Part shown: positions 36,731 through 49,500 of the stretch, piece after piece
How positions within the stretch are numbered: position 1 is the first letter of the stretch
How the letters are laid out: each line of letters starts with the position of its first letter
Source of the DNA: Ruditapes philippinarum
Taxonomy: Eukaryota
Length of the DNA: 64,000 bases
Direction: 5' to 3'
NCBI RefSeq assembly: GCF_026571515.1
Contig: NW_026856458.1
Span: 310,001 to 374,000 of the forward strand
Translations under genes and position numbers: made by a program
The notes under the pieces: generated by a model
What the model was told of the DNA's origin: nothing
Database searches by the model: none
Seen by the model: the letters and a program-made list of their open reading frames with translations, nothing else

Positions 36731-38849
36731 CATCGAGTTGGTAACAACAACATATCAAGGAGTGTTTTGTAAAATAACCTTTCACGTTTAAAGTAGACAT
36801 GTGAACATAACATATTTTTGTCTTTCATAAAAGTCTATTATTTACGGTGGCACAAAGGTGACATGTGTGTGTTTTTACTTATCTCGTGCGCACGAGATAC
36901 TATATCGTGCAGATGCGCAGGCTGGTCCGGATCCATGCTGGTTGCAAAGCATCACGTTGGTTTTGTCTGTGACTAGGATGTACAATGAAATTCTACCTTT
37001 AGTGTATTAGAAAAGTTTTAAGTGTACTGTAATTTTATTTTTGTGATTATGCTTCAAAATAGTTAATTGGCCGTGCATTTCTTTTATACTTTAATTTTCT
37101 TGAAATCATCATTCTTATCTGAAGACATGCAACTTAGATGTGATGATAAATTACATCGCTTGAAAATGCTTTAAGATATAAAATGACATCTTTGTTCAGT
37201 ATACATTACACCTTTCATGCAGCAATCATAAAAGCTCTTCACAGAAAGAAGTAAGCAATCGCACCTATATTATATACGAGTGTATTAAATGTGCGGTAGT
37301 ATGATGTTGCCGGGAGCTGCACTACAACTTAACATGCTTAATGCGCTGTTCGTCTAGTATAAACGGCTTTGGTTTTGTAGTTACTTTGTTGCTGTTGTTT
37401 CACTTGTTATCGTTTAAATTGTTGATATTTTGAAATTATCCTCACATTATTATAATCCACTTAAAACGTAATTATTAAATGGCGCTTTTCAACATCTTAG
37501 CGCTCTCATATATTTAATCACAATGTTTATAATACTGCACGTTTGTAACGTCACTTTTCATTGGATAGTTGTGACGTTTTTGTATTTTTATATACATTGC
37601 TGCTGTCAAATTATGAAGAATTCTCACATTGTTCTCTTAACAAGGAAGTTTGCTGTGTCACATTATTACTAATGGATTTATAAAGATTTTTGACATGTAA
37701 TATGGCGTATAGTAAAAACGGTTGTTTGCAATATACCTCGCCAAACGGCTAAGCTTATCTGTTTATATAGGGCCATAAAACATGTCAAAAAATAAATCTT
37801 TATAATTAATGGTGTTAACATTATGTTTAAAATCAGCGCTGTTAAGTAAGATTGTGATATTAATTATTGCAAAGTAATTTAGGTGCATTTTGGGTACCTG
37901 TTTGCATGGCATCTAGCCCTATTTTTCATTAGACTAGTTCCATAAATAAATGTTAAAGAAAATGTCATTGGTCGGTCCATATTGTAAACGATACTGTAAA
38001 TGTCATATTGTGAATTTCTAGCTGTCTTTGGAGGTATGACATAATGAGTCAATAGTGGATTACATCAGGGAGGAGCGGGAACGAAACTGCTCGAATTAAA
38101 AAGAAGTCTGAAGACCCCTGACCTGATTCGAACAAGCATTGGTAAGGGCCAGTGATTGGAAGTCAGCAACTAATCGAACAAGGAATTTATACAAAAAATA
38201 ATACGAATGATATTGGAGTTTCCATGGGAGTTGTTATTTGGCCGTCGATGACATAGGAAAGCAAACTTAATGTCAATTCATATAACGTATAATTTATAGT
38301 CAATTCATGATAACTTCCATATCCGTTCGAAGTAAAGAGAGTCAGTTTTATTGCAAAAGCTTAAAATGTCTATTTCTTTGGCCAAACAAAATTTGTTTTT
38401 AGGCAACAGTCTCTGAAAAATAGGTCAAGAAGGAAATTAATTATTTCTGACCTTTCAGCGAAATAAAAAAGTTTTTTATGTTGGAATATGCACTAAATTG
38501 GCTGTATCATAACAGTTCAATTGAAAAGAAAGAAAAAGAAGATAGTGAAAACATTTTTGCGATTGAAAGATGGTCATTTTTTAAACAATGTTTCAGCATT
38601 CTACAACAGTTTGTGTTTGTATGTATGTGTAGAAAATATTGGTATTTTCTTGATGATCTTCGAGGAGGTGTTTTTCAATTAGCGGTATTCTATTAATGGA
38701 ATAAACAGGATATTTATAGATTGCGCTGTTCGTTACCTCCCACTATGTTGGCCAATAGGTTTGTCAAAACAAAGATTTTGAGCGAAAAAAGGATCGATAC
38801 AATACATATGTATTCATCTAATGTGTTGTTTTGCCCCTTGTGACTGAGG

Positions 38850-39068
38850 GCATGCCTTGTTATGGGTTGAGACATTAGAATTGCAGCCACCGTTTTACCC
38901 TACGTGATTGTAAAAGGCGACTAAATAGGTTTGAATTACTGGACATATATGCATCAGATAATATCAGTAGGTGGGGTTGCTTTAAGTTTGAAACACTCGA
39001 GGTTAGCCATTCATGTTTCAGCACCATGGGACTGCGCTTTTAAACCACACCAAACAAAACAAACAAAT
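38850..39068 (+). mobile_element. SINE-like element ending in (CAAA)n
   Basis: Tail ttaaaccacaccaaacaaaacaaacaaa; gttgctttaagtttg.aacac.cgaggt.agcca also occurs at ~20285-20320; internal hairpin-like ccta.cgtgattgtaaaaggcgactaaatagg. Confidence 0.5.
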
Positions 39069-41661
39069 TTGTTGTTTTCATTATTCTTAACAACATTTTC
39101 TGAATTTTCCTTGAGGAAATTTTGTTGAATTATATCAAAGTTCAAGCCGCCAAACGTATTTGTATTTCTTTTTCAATTGAGCAACATATTGTCTTTGAAC
39201 ATCAAAACAAAATCAATTAATCCTTATGCAAATCACGTTTACGTGTAAGCTCCTTTAATCGTATATGTCTTTTCCATATGTGAATGTTTAACAAAAATGT
39301 ATTCAATGAACACAAAATTGCTCGCATATATGTAACAAGAGAAAAATATTCTTTGTAATATGTTTTACTATAAAAGTAACACAGCAGATAAATGATCATA
39401 ATGATGAGAAATATTGTTAAGGATTGACTTTAAAAGATCAATTATGTTCACTCTGTAAAACAGATTAAATGTATAAATCATTTGTATAATTCTCTGTTAA
39501 TCATGTACTTGCCGTTATATGTTTGCATTGTACTGTATATTGAAATGACTATGAATGTTGTAACATTTAATACTGAATAAATGTTATGTTATGTTTCGTG
39601 CTCCGCGTATTTTGATATGGGTATTTGGCCGTGATCCCTGACAGTATTGACGAAAAGAGCACACTTTACAAACATATTATTTTCCGATAGCTTGTCAGGT
39701 TTTACGACTTTAAGAGGCTATGAGCATGTGGGATATCATAAATAAGCATGTAACGGCTTAGTAATTGTAATGGGAGAACCGAGGTATTTCCCGATTATTT
39801 TCTTAATCTACGAAAGTGATTTTCGGATCGTTTTCGTTTTTCAAAATGAAGTTGGCTGACATTTTTGTATTTTACGTACCGGTTACTCACCTACCACATA
39901 TGCGTGTAGAGGCTTTGAAATTATATGGCTAATTGAATACAAGGCTCAATTTTGTTTTTGTTTTTTTTTTTAATTAAAAACTCATTTTGTAAATTATGCC
40001 ACGTTGGGCCAAGTAATATTGAATTAAATTGTCTTCAGAGATCATTAATTAGGTAAAATATTGATTAAATTCCTGGTCGACCATAAGCCAAGTATTAATT
40101 CGAATCATAAACATTTAGGAAAATATCTTCAAAACATGATTTTTTTTTTTTTTTTTTTTTTTGGATAAAATTCTGAGTATATTTCTTAATTATCTTCTAC
40201 ATCCGTTTGGTATACGCTGGTTGATCTATGTACGGTGGATGATAAAAAAAAATCGGACGGCGACTGTCAATTGAAGAATTTTTCAACCCATCACTTTCTG
40301 TTACATAATTATTTCGTTTTAAATTCAAATTACATAAGTGGGTGCCTTTAATAAGCTTACAGTCTCCAGTTTTCGCATAGAGTTAATGGTGGTCGCACTA
40401 ACGGTCAATAACACCGTGTGTTTGTGACTGTTTAAGTGGGGGTAATTACTGTTACTAAATAAAGACATATTTTTATTAAGATTATATACTCTCATTAGTG
40501 AAATTCGTTGCATGAGCGCAACGTAGGGGATTGTTTTGCTAGATCTTCAGCCACCCGGCGGTGTACAGGAAGCGCCCTGTGGGATTCGGTCCCCCCAGGT
40601 GCCGTCTTCGTAACTGTGCATTGGCAGCACTGCCGGCGGAGGAAAAGTTATATAAAAACGTTTTTTTTGACCACATGATTGGCAAACGATAATATGGTTT
40701 TAATATGGTATCTATAGGTAATTATTATATTTATTTTTTTCTCCTCTTTTTTCACAATTGGATATTTTTCTATCGTCTTTCAAAATTGTACTTTTAAATG
40801 AATAATATCTATTTTTAATGTGTTTTTATGCTTTTAACTGATCTTTATGATATTTCAAAAAAATATCGAAATGGCGCGTCGATGTTTATTTCTGTTAGTT
40901 TTAACGTTTAACTACGGTAGAGCGCATTAAATCTATGTACCTTACAAGTACAGAACAAAGATTCAAAATTTCGATTTTATTCCTTTTCTGACCTCATCGT
41001 TATTTTTGAAGAAATTCCAAAGGCAAAATAAGCGAATTTAAATATGGCCGAAATTTAAACCGATTCATTTCATATAAACTGTTGAGATGCATGCCTTTTA
41101 TTAGTTAAAACGTTTATTTTGACAGGTTATATAAACTGATTTTACCGATTGTTTGCAAATATAACCCGAGCGAATCTCTATTTCTTACATAACAATTTTG
41201 TAAAACAGCAAAATGTCCTAAATTTAAGAAAAAAATGCCTCATAAATAATCAGCAGTTGTATATATAATTTATATATAAATATTACAATTATCCACTTTA
41301 AAGCGAGGCTACAAAATTGTAGTATTATAATATGAATAATAGTACAAGCACATTTTTTTTTCAAACAGAAATTCCATCCCATGATCATACAAAAATAGGT
41401 ATTGACGTCATACGCTAATGATTTTGTGAATATGAAACAAATGAAAATGACATTTAGAAAATTAAATGAAAAAAAAAATGTGGATATTTATTTATGTCAC
41501 AGTCAGTATGTTATAGTAACAAATTGCTATGGTAACAGCTATATTTACCTTGTAGAACAGATAAAAATTTGAGTGAGATTTATCGGCCTTTTTTTTTCTT
41601 CAATCCTGTACTCGTATTTACAGTCAGGGATACATACGAATTAAAATTGTATGCAATATAT

Positions 41662-42060
41662 ACAGTTGAAATTATCAGCCATATATTTCAGTTAAACATG
41701 TGAGCTATATATATATATATGTCAGTTGAAATTGTCAGCTATATATTTCAATTAAACTTGTGAGCTTTATATATCTCAGTTGAAATTGTCAGCCATATTT
41801 TCAAGTTTAAATTGTCAGCCATATATTTCAGTTAAAATTGTCAGCCATATATTTCAGTTAAACTTGTGAGCTATATATATCTCAGTTGAAATTGTCAGCC
41901 ATATTTTCAAGTTTAAATTGTCAGCCATATATTTCAGTTAAAATTGTCAGCCATATATTTTAGTTAAACTTGTCAGCTATATATTTCAGCTAAAATTGAC
42001 AGCATTTAAGTAAAAATTTTCACCTAAATATATCAGTTAAAAGTTAAAATTATCAGTCAG
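41662..42060. repeat. Minisatellite of ~25-27-bp units (cagttgaaattgtcagccatatattt)
   Basis: About 15 units, with a longer block duplicated at ~41760-41970. Confidence 0.9.
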
Positions 42061-42859
42061 ATATATTAGTTACAATACTAGCGAAAATTTTCTAAGAATA
42101 TTGCAAATGAAAGTTTGCACTTAATTACTTGGAAGTAATTCTGTAATATATACATGTACAAGCAAAATAATGGCAAAATATGTTAACAAAAATGTATTGA
42201 CAAGAAATGGTTTGATTTGTATTGAATATTTGATAATATTCAAACTTTTGGTTTCGGGTAAATAGCAGAAATGTGAAAAGTTGCAGAATTGAGATTTTCA
42301 ACACTTTTTTGTCTCATCACCTGACAATTTATTAGTATATGTTTGGTAAATCTCATCTATGTATCAACGAAACTGTGCTATACAGCATGGATTTGAAGTA
42401 GCGTCTTGACTGATGTCCATTTAAAACATCAACTTTCCAAAGGCAAAAACGCAAAAAGGCATTTACAAATGGCACAATTCTGCAACTTGTATTTATTCAT
42501 CTCTCAGCTGGTTACACGTAACCAAAGTTCTGATGAAAATTAAATTTCTATTAAATGTAAACCATCGCCTAGTCAATACATTTCTGCAAATTTTTATACC
42601 AATTACACGTATGCCAATATATTGCTTAAATAAGTATAAAAAATCCATTTGACCAGGTGAAAACTTTCTGTTGCAATTCAGTATATAACGCTCTTATGTT
42701 TATCATTTCATCCCTTTGAAAAGAAGTCTTTGTTTACTGTTTGTTTCATTGTTTTCTTATTACGCCCATTTTATTCATTTCTATGTCATATATTTCGGGT
42801 CGCTTCAGATTGCCAGCTTTCTGGATAATTAACCAATAATAACCAAATTCTCTCCCACT

Positions 42860-42975
42860 TTCGACAGGGACTTTGGATTCTTTCATGTAAGGAAGCTATC
42901 CAGCTCCATTACAGAACGTCGGTCTATCTACTCAGGTGGTCGTTCCTGCCTGAAATAATGCATGGAAGGACATGA
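42860..42975 (+). mobile_element. V-domain-type SINE fragment
   Basis: cgacagggactttggattctttcatgtaaggaagctatccagct...ctgaaataatgca is the reverse complement of ~59750-59850. Confidence 0.75.
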
Positions 42976-43292
42976 ACTCCTCACATATTGTATGTTTATG
43001 CTGAATAAAAATTTGGATCATGAATATTGAAATTTTGAAAATCTTATTTAAGGGTTTAGTATTTTGTATGGAATTCAAACTTCTACTGATTTACATTTGC
43101 TACGTTTATCACAAATCATTTCACATTTATCTCTAATTTCTTCAGGTTACAAGCATCTAACATGTTCTAAAAACTTTATTTAAATGTTCAAATATTCATA
43201 TTTGCTCTTTTGCAAAGAAGTGAACAATTTTCGTTTCTGAGGCATATTGTGCCTATATAACAATCTTATTCCAAGTGTACAAGAATCTACAA

Positions 43293-43358
43293 AAAATGGC
43301 GGGAAAATGGTGCTAATTATGACTAGTTCACATAAGTGCGGCATGTTGCTAAGGAAAC
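43293..43358 (+). promoter_or_regulatory. Putative promoter: YY1-like AAAATGGCG plus RFX X-box-like GTTGCTAAGGAAAC
   Basis: aaaatggcg at 43293-43301; gttgctaaggaaac at 43345-43358, ~180 bp upstream of the ATG at 43538. Confidence 0.5.
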
Positions 43359-43537
43359 TGCTAATAGACTCTTGTATATAACATTGTGAGATTTGTAATT
43401 TTTCATCAGTCTGTATTTTTTTCCGATACAGGTGTTTTACTTACTATACATATTTTTGGCGAATTTATGTCTTGTGTTTAAGAAAGTGTCATTTTGATTA
43501 AAAAGGACTATTTTTTACGTGGCAGTTTATATTCAAA

Positions 43538-46500
43538 ATGGGTGCAGGGTGTTCAAAAGGTAATGATCTATTACAATTCTACCGAGTACAAAATTGCAAC
43601 AAAACGTTGTTTCGATTTTTTATATTTTTACCAATTTATGTGACTATATATATTTAGATATTCGTTTGTAACAATACAAAAATTTTATGTAAATTTGCCT
43701 GAATTGTTATAGATTTGCAAATGTTATAGAATATATATTCAAGTTTTGTTTCAAACGAGATTCATGCAAAGGATTTGTTAATATACTTCTATTATTTCTT
43801 ATTCATTTTTTTTTCGCTCAATGCATTTTAACTTGTAAAAGCATTTTGATATCGTAATGCACTTTTTTCTTTCTTTCTTTTTTTCTATAATGCTAGGCAG
43901 TTGATTATTTGCTTGTTTTACCTTAGAAATATCTAAAACTTTGCAGACAGTTTGAGTCATAATATTGTCGACGAATCGTCAGTAAAAATGCACCACTCTA
44001 GCATTCATGCCGATATAGCAAAAATTAAAGTTGTTCACCTTTCGGGCAAAAATAAATGGAAATGATTGTGATGATGGAATGATCAGATGAAGCATTTAAA
44101 GATCATGTTACTCATTTTTGTTATGGTTTTATATCATAAATATGGTGCTCAAATGAAGATTTGTCAATATTGCAAGTTCCGAAAAGCATTATTTGTAAAG
44201 ATTTTACCGAATTTACATTTCATGTAAATAAAGGGAGGTGATTAGAAATTTATTTTCGATATAAGTCTAAGCCAAAATTTTCAAAAAAAAAAAGATTTTT
44301 TTATTCCTGTTTTTGTCGTTTTTGTAATTTTTAATTGTTCTTTTGTCGTTTGCGTTTAAACATTTGCAGTACATATTTAAGATATTCTTGGATGTTTGAA
44401 AATTGTTTTAGAAGAATTATAAATATAGGGTGATGTTGTTACATCCTTAATTACAACATACAGGATCTTTAATACATGTTAACAACCGTCGCTGAGCTAT
44501 TACGGAATATATGGAATGATACTATCTACAATTATTGAGTATTTTTTTTTTCAGCCTGCACATCCACACACAAAAGTGTTGGACCCATGGGTACAACAGC
44601 AAGGGTAAACATTTCACTATATTCAAAATTAGGTGTTTGTCCAGCCTTGTCTAAAATAAACACTTTGTCATTATATGAACTTTATCTATAGTTGGATGTT
44701 ATATTAATAGTTATAATGTTATAAGGATATTTTTCTGGGGTTGGATGTTATATAATTCATTAAGATTTTGACACGTTATATGACCCTATAAAAACGCTCA
44801 TTTTTATATATATCACCGAGGCGTAAGGCGAGGGTTATATTGCAAATAACCGTTAAACTTTATATAAGGCCACATGACCTGTCAAACGAATTTATAATAC
44901 CGCAAGCTTCTTTTAATATAGAAAAAAGATACTTCATAAATCCACTGCAGCTGTGTATACAGATTATATAAACGTCATGCTTATCCAATAAAAAACGACG
45001 TTACAATTTTGCTAAAATATAAAACACATAAAGGATACCTCGACATATTTTAAGCATTTTACTCGTTATCCCTTTGCATTTGTTTAATAGATTTGTCCTC
45101 CTTTAAATCAGGAGTTGTCCAGTCGCAGTCAAAGTCTGTGCTAACACCACTGGAAAACGCCACTTTAAATATATTCATGCAGGTTAATTAAGCGTTATTG
45201 GCCCTTTCAATTATTCCATAGCAATACGATACAAGCCATCACTTACTAAGCTTCTTGACTATTGTCCCTGATTCCTGTGTTTTACCGACACATTTCATGA
45301 ATGTGTGTCTAAAACGTTAGATTACTTGAATAAAACTGAATAAAATACTAAGGAAAACGAAGTATTAAACTTGTACTTGATTTGACGTTTCATTTTATTA
45401 AGTAGGTGTTATTTTTTGTTTTGTGTTGCTATTGTTGATTTTGTTTCCTTTTTGTTCATTTGAAAATTGCCAAAAATCAAATAGATGACTTTTTCCCTGC
45501 AATTATTGTCGTTTTTGTAACTTTTTATTTGACTTTTGTATTGGTTTGTATTCAATCTTAAAGCTGAAAGGAATCAAATTAATACAATTAAAATGGTAGT
45601 ACAACAAGGCCTAAAGCATCAATTCAAACAAACTAGATGTTATTTTGTAACGTCCAACTGCGAGATATATTTTATGTATGATTTACACGTGTGCTTGTGT
45701 AGTAAAGGCAATTGTTTACATATTGTGAGAATAATTAGGTAACTGAATGTGGTAAAATGCGAAAATGAATGTGGCATTATCAAGCAATTGGAAGCAATTA
45801 CTAAAGGTATATTTTCCGATTCCATGGCAGCAAGTTTAACAAGTCACGGCGAGTTGATTTTTTACGTAAATCAATAAGACATTGTTGTAAGCATCGTGTT
45901 TTTGTCGAAATATTAAAATGTTATCCAAATTATCATCAAGGAAATTCTCTACACAAAATCGCAGCATAAAATGGGCATTTCTGATAAATAAAGATTATTT
46001 CACATACTATCCTTATATACATATAACTTTTTCATGTAGTTCCACAAGTATACAAGATCAAATAATATTATTATTGACATATTTATTTTATAATTACAGT
46101 CACAAAAGGCACAGACAGCAGTTGGTGACAATGAAAATCCATTTTCCGTGTCAATAGATTGCTACTGTGTACCCTCAGCACGAATTCTATCACATCCAAC
46201 GGCTCTACTTGGACCTGGCGCAGGTTGTCGGTCAGTGGTTGTTACGACGATTCACATTGAAAAACACGAACAAAGGAACCTTCATAAAAGAGCGTCTAAA
46301 TTAAACAGCGTAATCTATACGCCAGTAATCCAATGGTTTGGAGTGGATGTTAAGCAGCAAGGTTTGTGAAACGCTGTTATTTTCCGCGCATGCTTTTACA
46401 TTTTTTTTCTTCAGCGCATGCATACATTTTTTCTGCACATGCGTACATTTTTCTGCGCATGCGTTGTTTCGTACATACGTTCAATGGTGAATTTACTTAA

Positions 46501-49500
46501 AAATTAAAAAGAAAGTTCTACAATGTAGTTCATATGTATTTATCTTAATATCAAAAATCTTATTTTGTAGTGGTATACCACCTAAGATAAAATATATTGT
46601 TAAAATATATTGGCAATTAACATATTTACATCTAGTTAAATATAATAACTATTACACAATTTTGGTGATAGGCTCTCTTAAACACTATCTGATCCGCTTC
46701 TTGGACCTTACCAATACTAGTTTTTTACTCTTTTTTTTTAAGATATAAGTTTTGCATAAGTAGAATCGGTAATCAGTTTTTTATTTTAATAAATTAAAAT
46801 GTCTTTACTTTTACGTGAATCTAAACTAGTGCATAAAGGTACATCAAATACGCTTGCCATGTAATCAAACAGGTTTTCATCACGTTTATAAGGTTAAATG
46901 ATGAACCATTTTATTTGAGCACGTCTTATTTCTCTTATATTACAGTACCCCAGTATCTTCCAATGAACATGTGGCCTGGGATATACACAGTGTTCGGTTT
47001 TTACAACCCAGAAGACTCGGGTTCAACGTGTGTCAAACTGACAGCAAAAGTTGGTTCTCAAGAGGTAATTTTAAGTGGTTGGATTATTATTATGTCTACC
47101 TAAGTATCACTTCATAAATTCTACTGTTGTGAGATCAACTTTAAAATTTACAAGATAAGTAATTGTAGGCAAACATTTGATATTTTGTTTTCTAGTAATT
47201 GAGCTGTTCAATACTTCAACATAATTCTCACCTCTTTGGGCGATGTAGTCGGCTACGACAACCAAAGAACCAACACGATTCTCCTAATTAAATTCACAAA
47301 ACCTTTTTCAAATTCTATATTTTATCAACAAGTCATCAGAGTGTATCTATGGTGCACTACAATATTCTCACTGAAACGCTTACGTTGTGTAGTCTTCATT
47401 TAATACATTTCTATGAAGCCGACTACACCTGTACATTCTCTAGTCAAAGTAATATTAATATCAACGAAAAATAAAAAGGAATTATCTGTGAACTTTTTAT
47501 AAATGATATTTATGTTACATAACAGATTAGCCTGCAAGAGCAAATGGACACTGAAAGATGTTTGTCGAATGAAAAATGGTCAAGCATAGCTCGGCTTATG
47601 ACGGTAGGTTAATTAAACATTATTATTATTATTATTATTATCATTATTATCATTATTATCAATATTATCATTATTATTATTATGTGTGCTAATTCATGTG
47701 TTTCCAAGTCCATTTCTTCATTTAACGCTTCTCCTCTTTCGCTTTCTGTGCATCGAAGAATTCAAAGTGCTTGCACTGCGTTTTTGGAAATTCAGTCTCT
47801 CTATTTCTGAACGCTATATTTAAAATATTTGTATTCGTAGTTTAGAAGTATTGAATGGATCAACTAATTTCTTCCTTAAAAACATTGCAGATTGTGAAAG
47901 TCTTAAAGCCTTATGTATATAAATGCTTTGCTATGTATTTCAGAAAGAACTGAAGAAATTAGATACCCCTGTGAAAAGAGCATCGTTCAGTAAGTATTTG
48001 ATCATTTATATATATGAGGAAAACTATTACATATACGATTTCACTGGATATAGACTATCCATCGGCAAAGCGAATTAGGTTTCAAGATAAACTGTACCGT
48101 GACATAAAGAGTAAGGAACATGATTTACAACACCCGAGAACAATCACAAACAAAAAAGTATTAAACTGATATCAAATGAAATAAACTTGATTTGCCAATT
48201 TATCAAAGTGTTTCATAAGCCTTATAACCTGTCCAAGCGATTTTAAAATCTGGACATGCATTTTTGAAAATAAGTTTGGGTATGAGGGAATACCTTTTGA
48301 AATTTGCGAGAACATTTAAAAAGGCCCGCTATGCGCCAGAAATGTTTTTATTTCATAGTTTACTTTTGGCACTCTGTTATAGTTTTCCAAAAGGCTACTC
48401 ATTGGCCAATTACGTGAACCATCTTTTGGTTCTGTTTCTTTTTGACAATGTGTACTATTATTTGGCATTGAGTAATTTGTATGGAAGTCAAAATACATCT
48501 ATGTTGCTAACATTGTTTTACTTTTATGACAAATAATTTCACATTCAGCGTGACTTGCATTGGATAAGAAGCATCTTACATGTGTTTGAGCATTTATTTA
48601 AACGGTATTTAAATCATTTCTGACCATACTATAGAAACAAAATACCTTCTGAAGCATAATATACCTTTAATTCAATTTATTGCACAGTGGAACAGGATGA
48701 GAATGCAGAAGTTGCAGATTCAAAAAAAGTCAAAGAAGAAAGGGTGATGCAGAGGGAAAGTCAAGACACTGGGTATATGTCGACAAAACGATCACTAGAC
48801 CAGTCTCCGTACTCAATGAAATATATTGCTTGCGCATCTGATAGTAAGTGATGATTAATTTCATTAAAATCGTTTATGTAACATAACAGCATGTTTTCCA
48901 AATGAGCGTCGATTGCCATATTTTCATCGGATGAAACTTGTAGCTGTTAAGAAGCAATAAAATGCCCCTTGTATTTTGCATTACTAAGAGAAATGATGGA
49001 ATATTTCCTAGAATTCCTTTGTCTTTTCTTTTTTAATGTTTTTCACGCATTGCATGTGTCAGAATTAAAAATTACATTTTTAATTGACAAATAAATCAGT
49101 GAAGAATTAAAATAAGTAGAAGAAATTCAAAGAAAGAAAAAACATTTTAAAATGACAACTAACTTTTGCAAATATATTTAATAAAGGGATCAAGAATACA
49201 TTTTGTACAGAAAAGTTTTTTTTTCCTTCTTTAAAAAGGCAAAAAAAAAGTGTTTTAAATCGTTTCAATAATGGTTTAATATGATGTTAGATGCTAATTA
49301 CCTGATGATAATAACACTGAATGTGAAATTATTCGTCATAAAAGTAGCAATTGATATAAATGAAGTAGTATTTTGAATTCCATACAAAAAAGTTTAATCG
49401 CTATAACTGTACTAACTGCTAAAGAGCAACATAAGCAAACAATTATTTTTGATATTGGCCAATGAGGATTCATTTGGGAAACTAAAACCTTAACTTAAAA

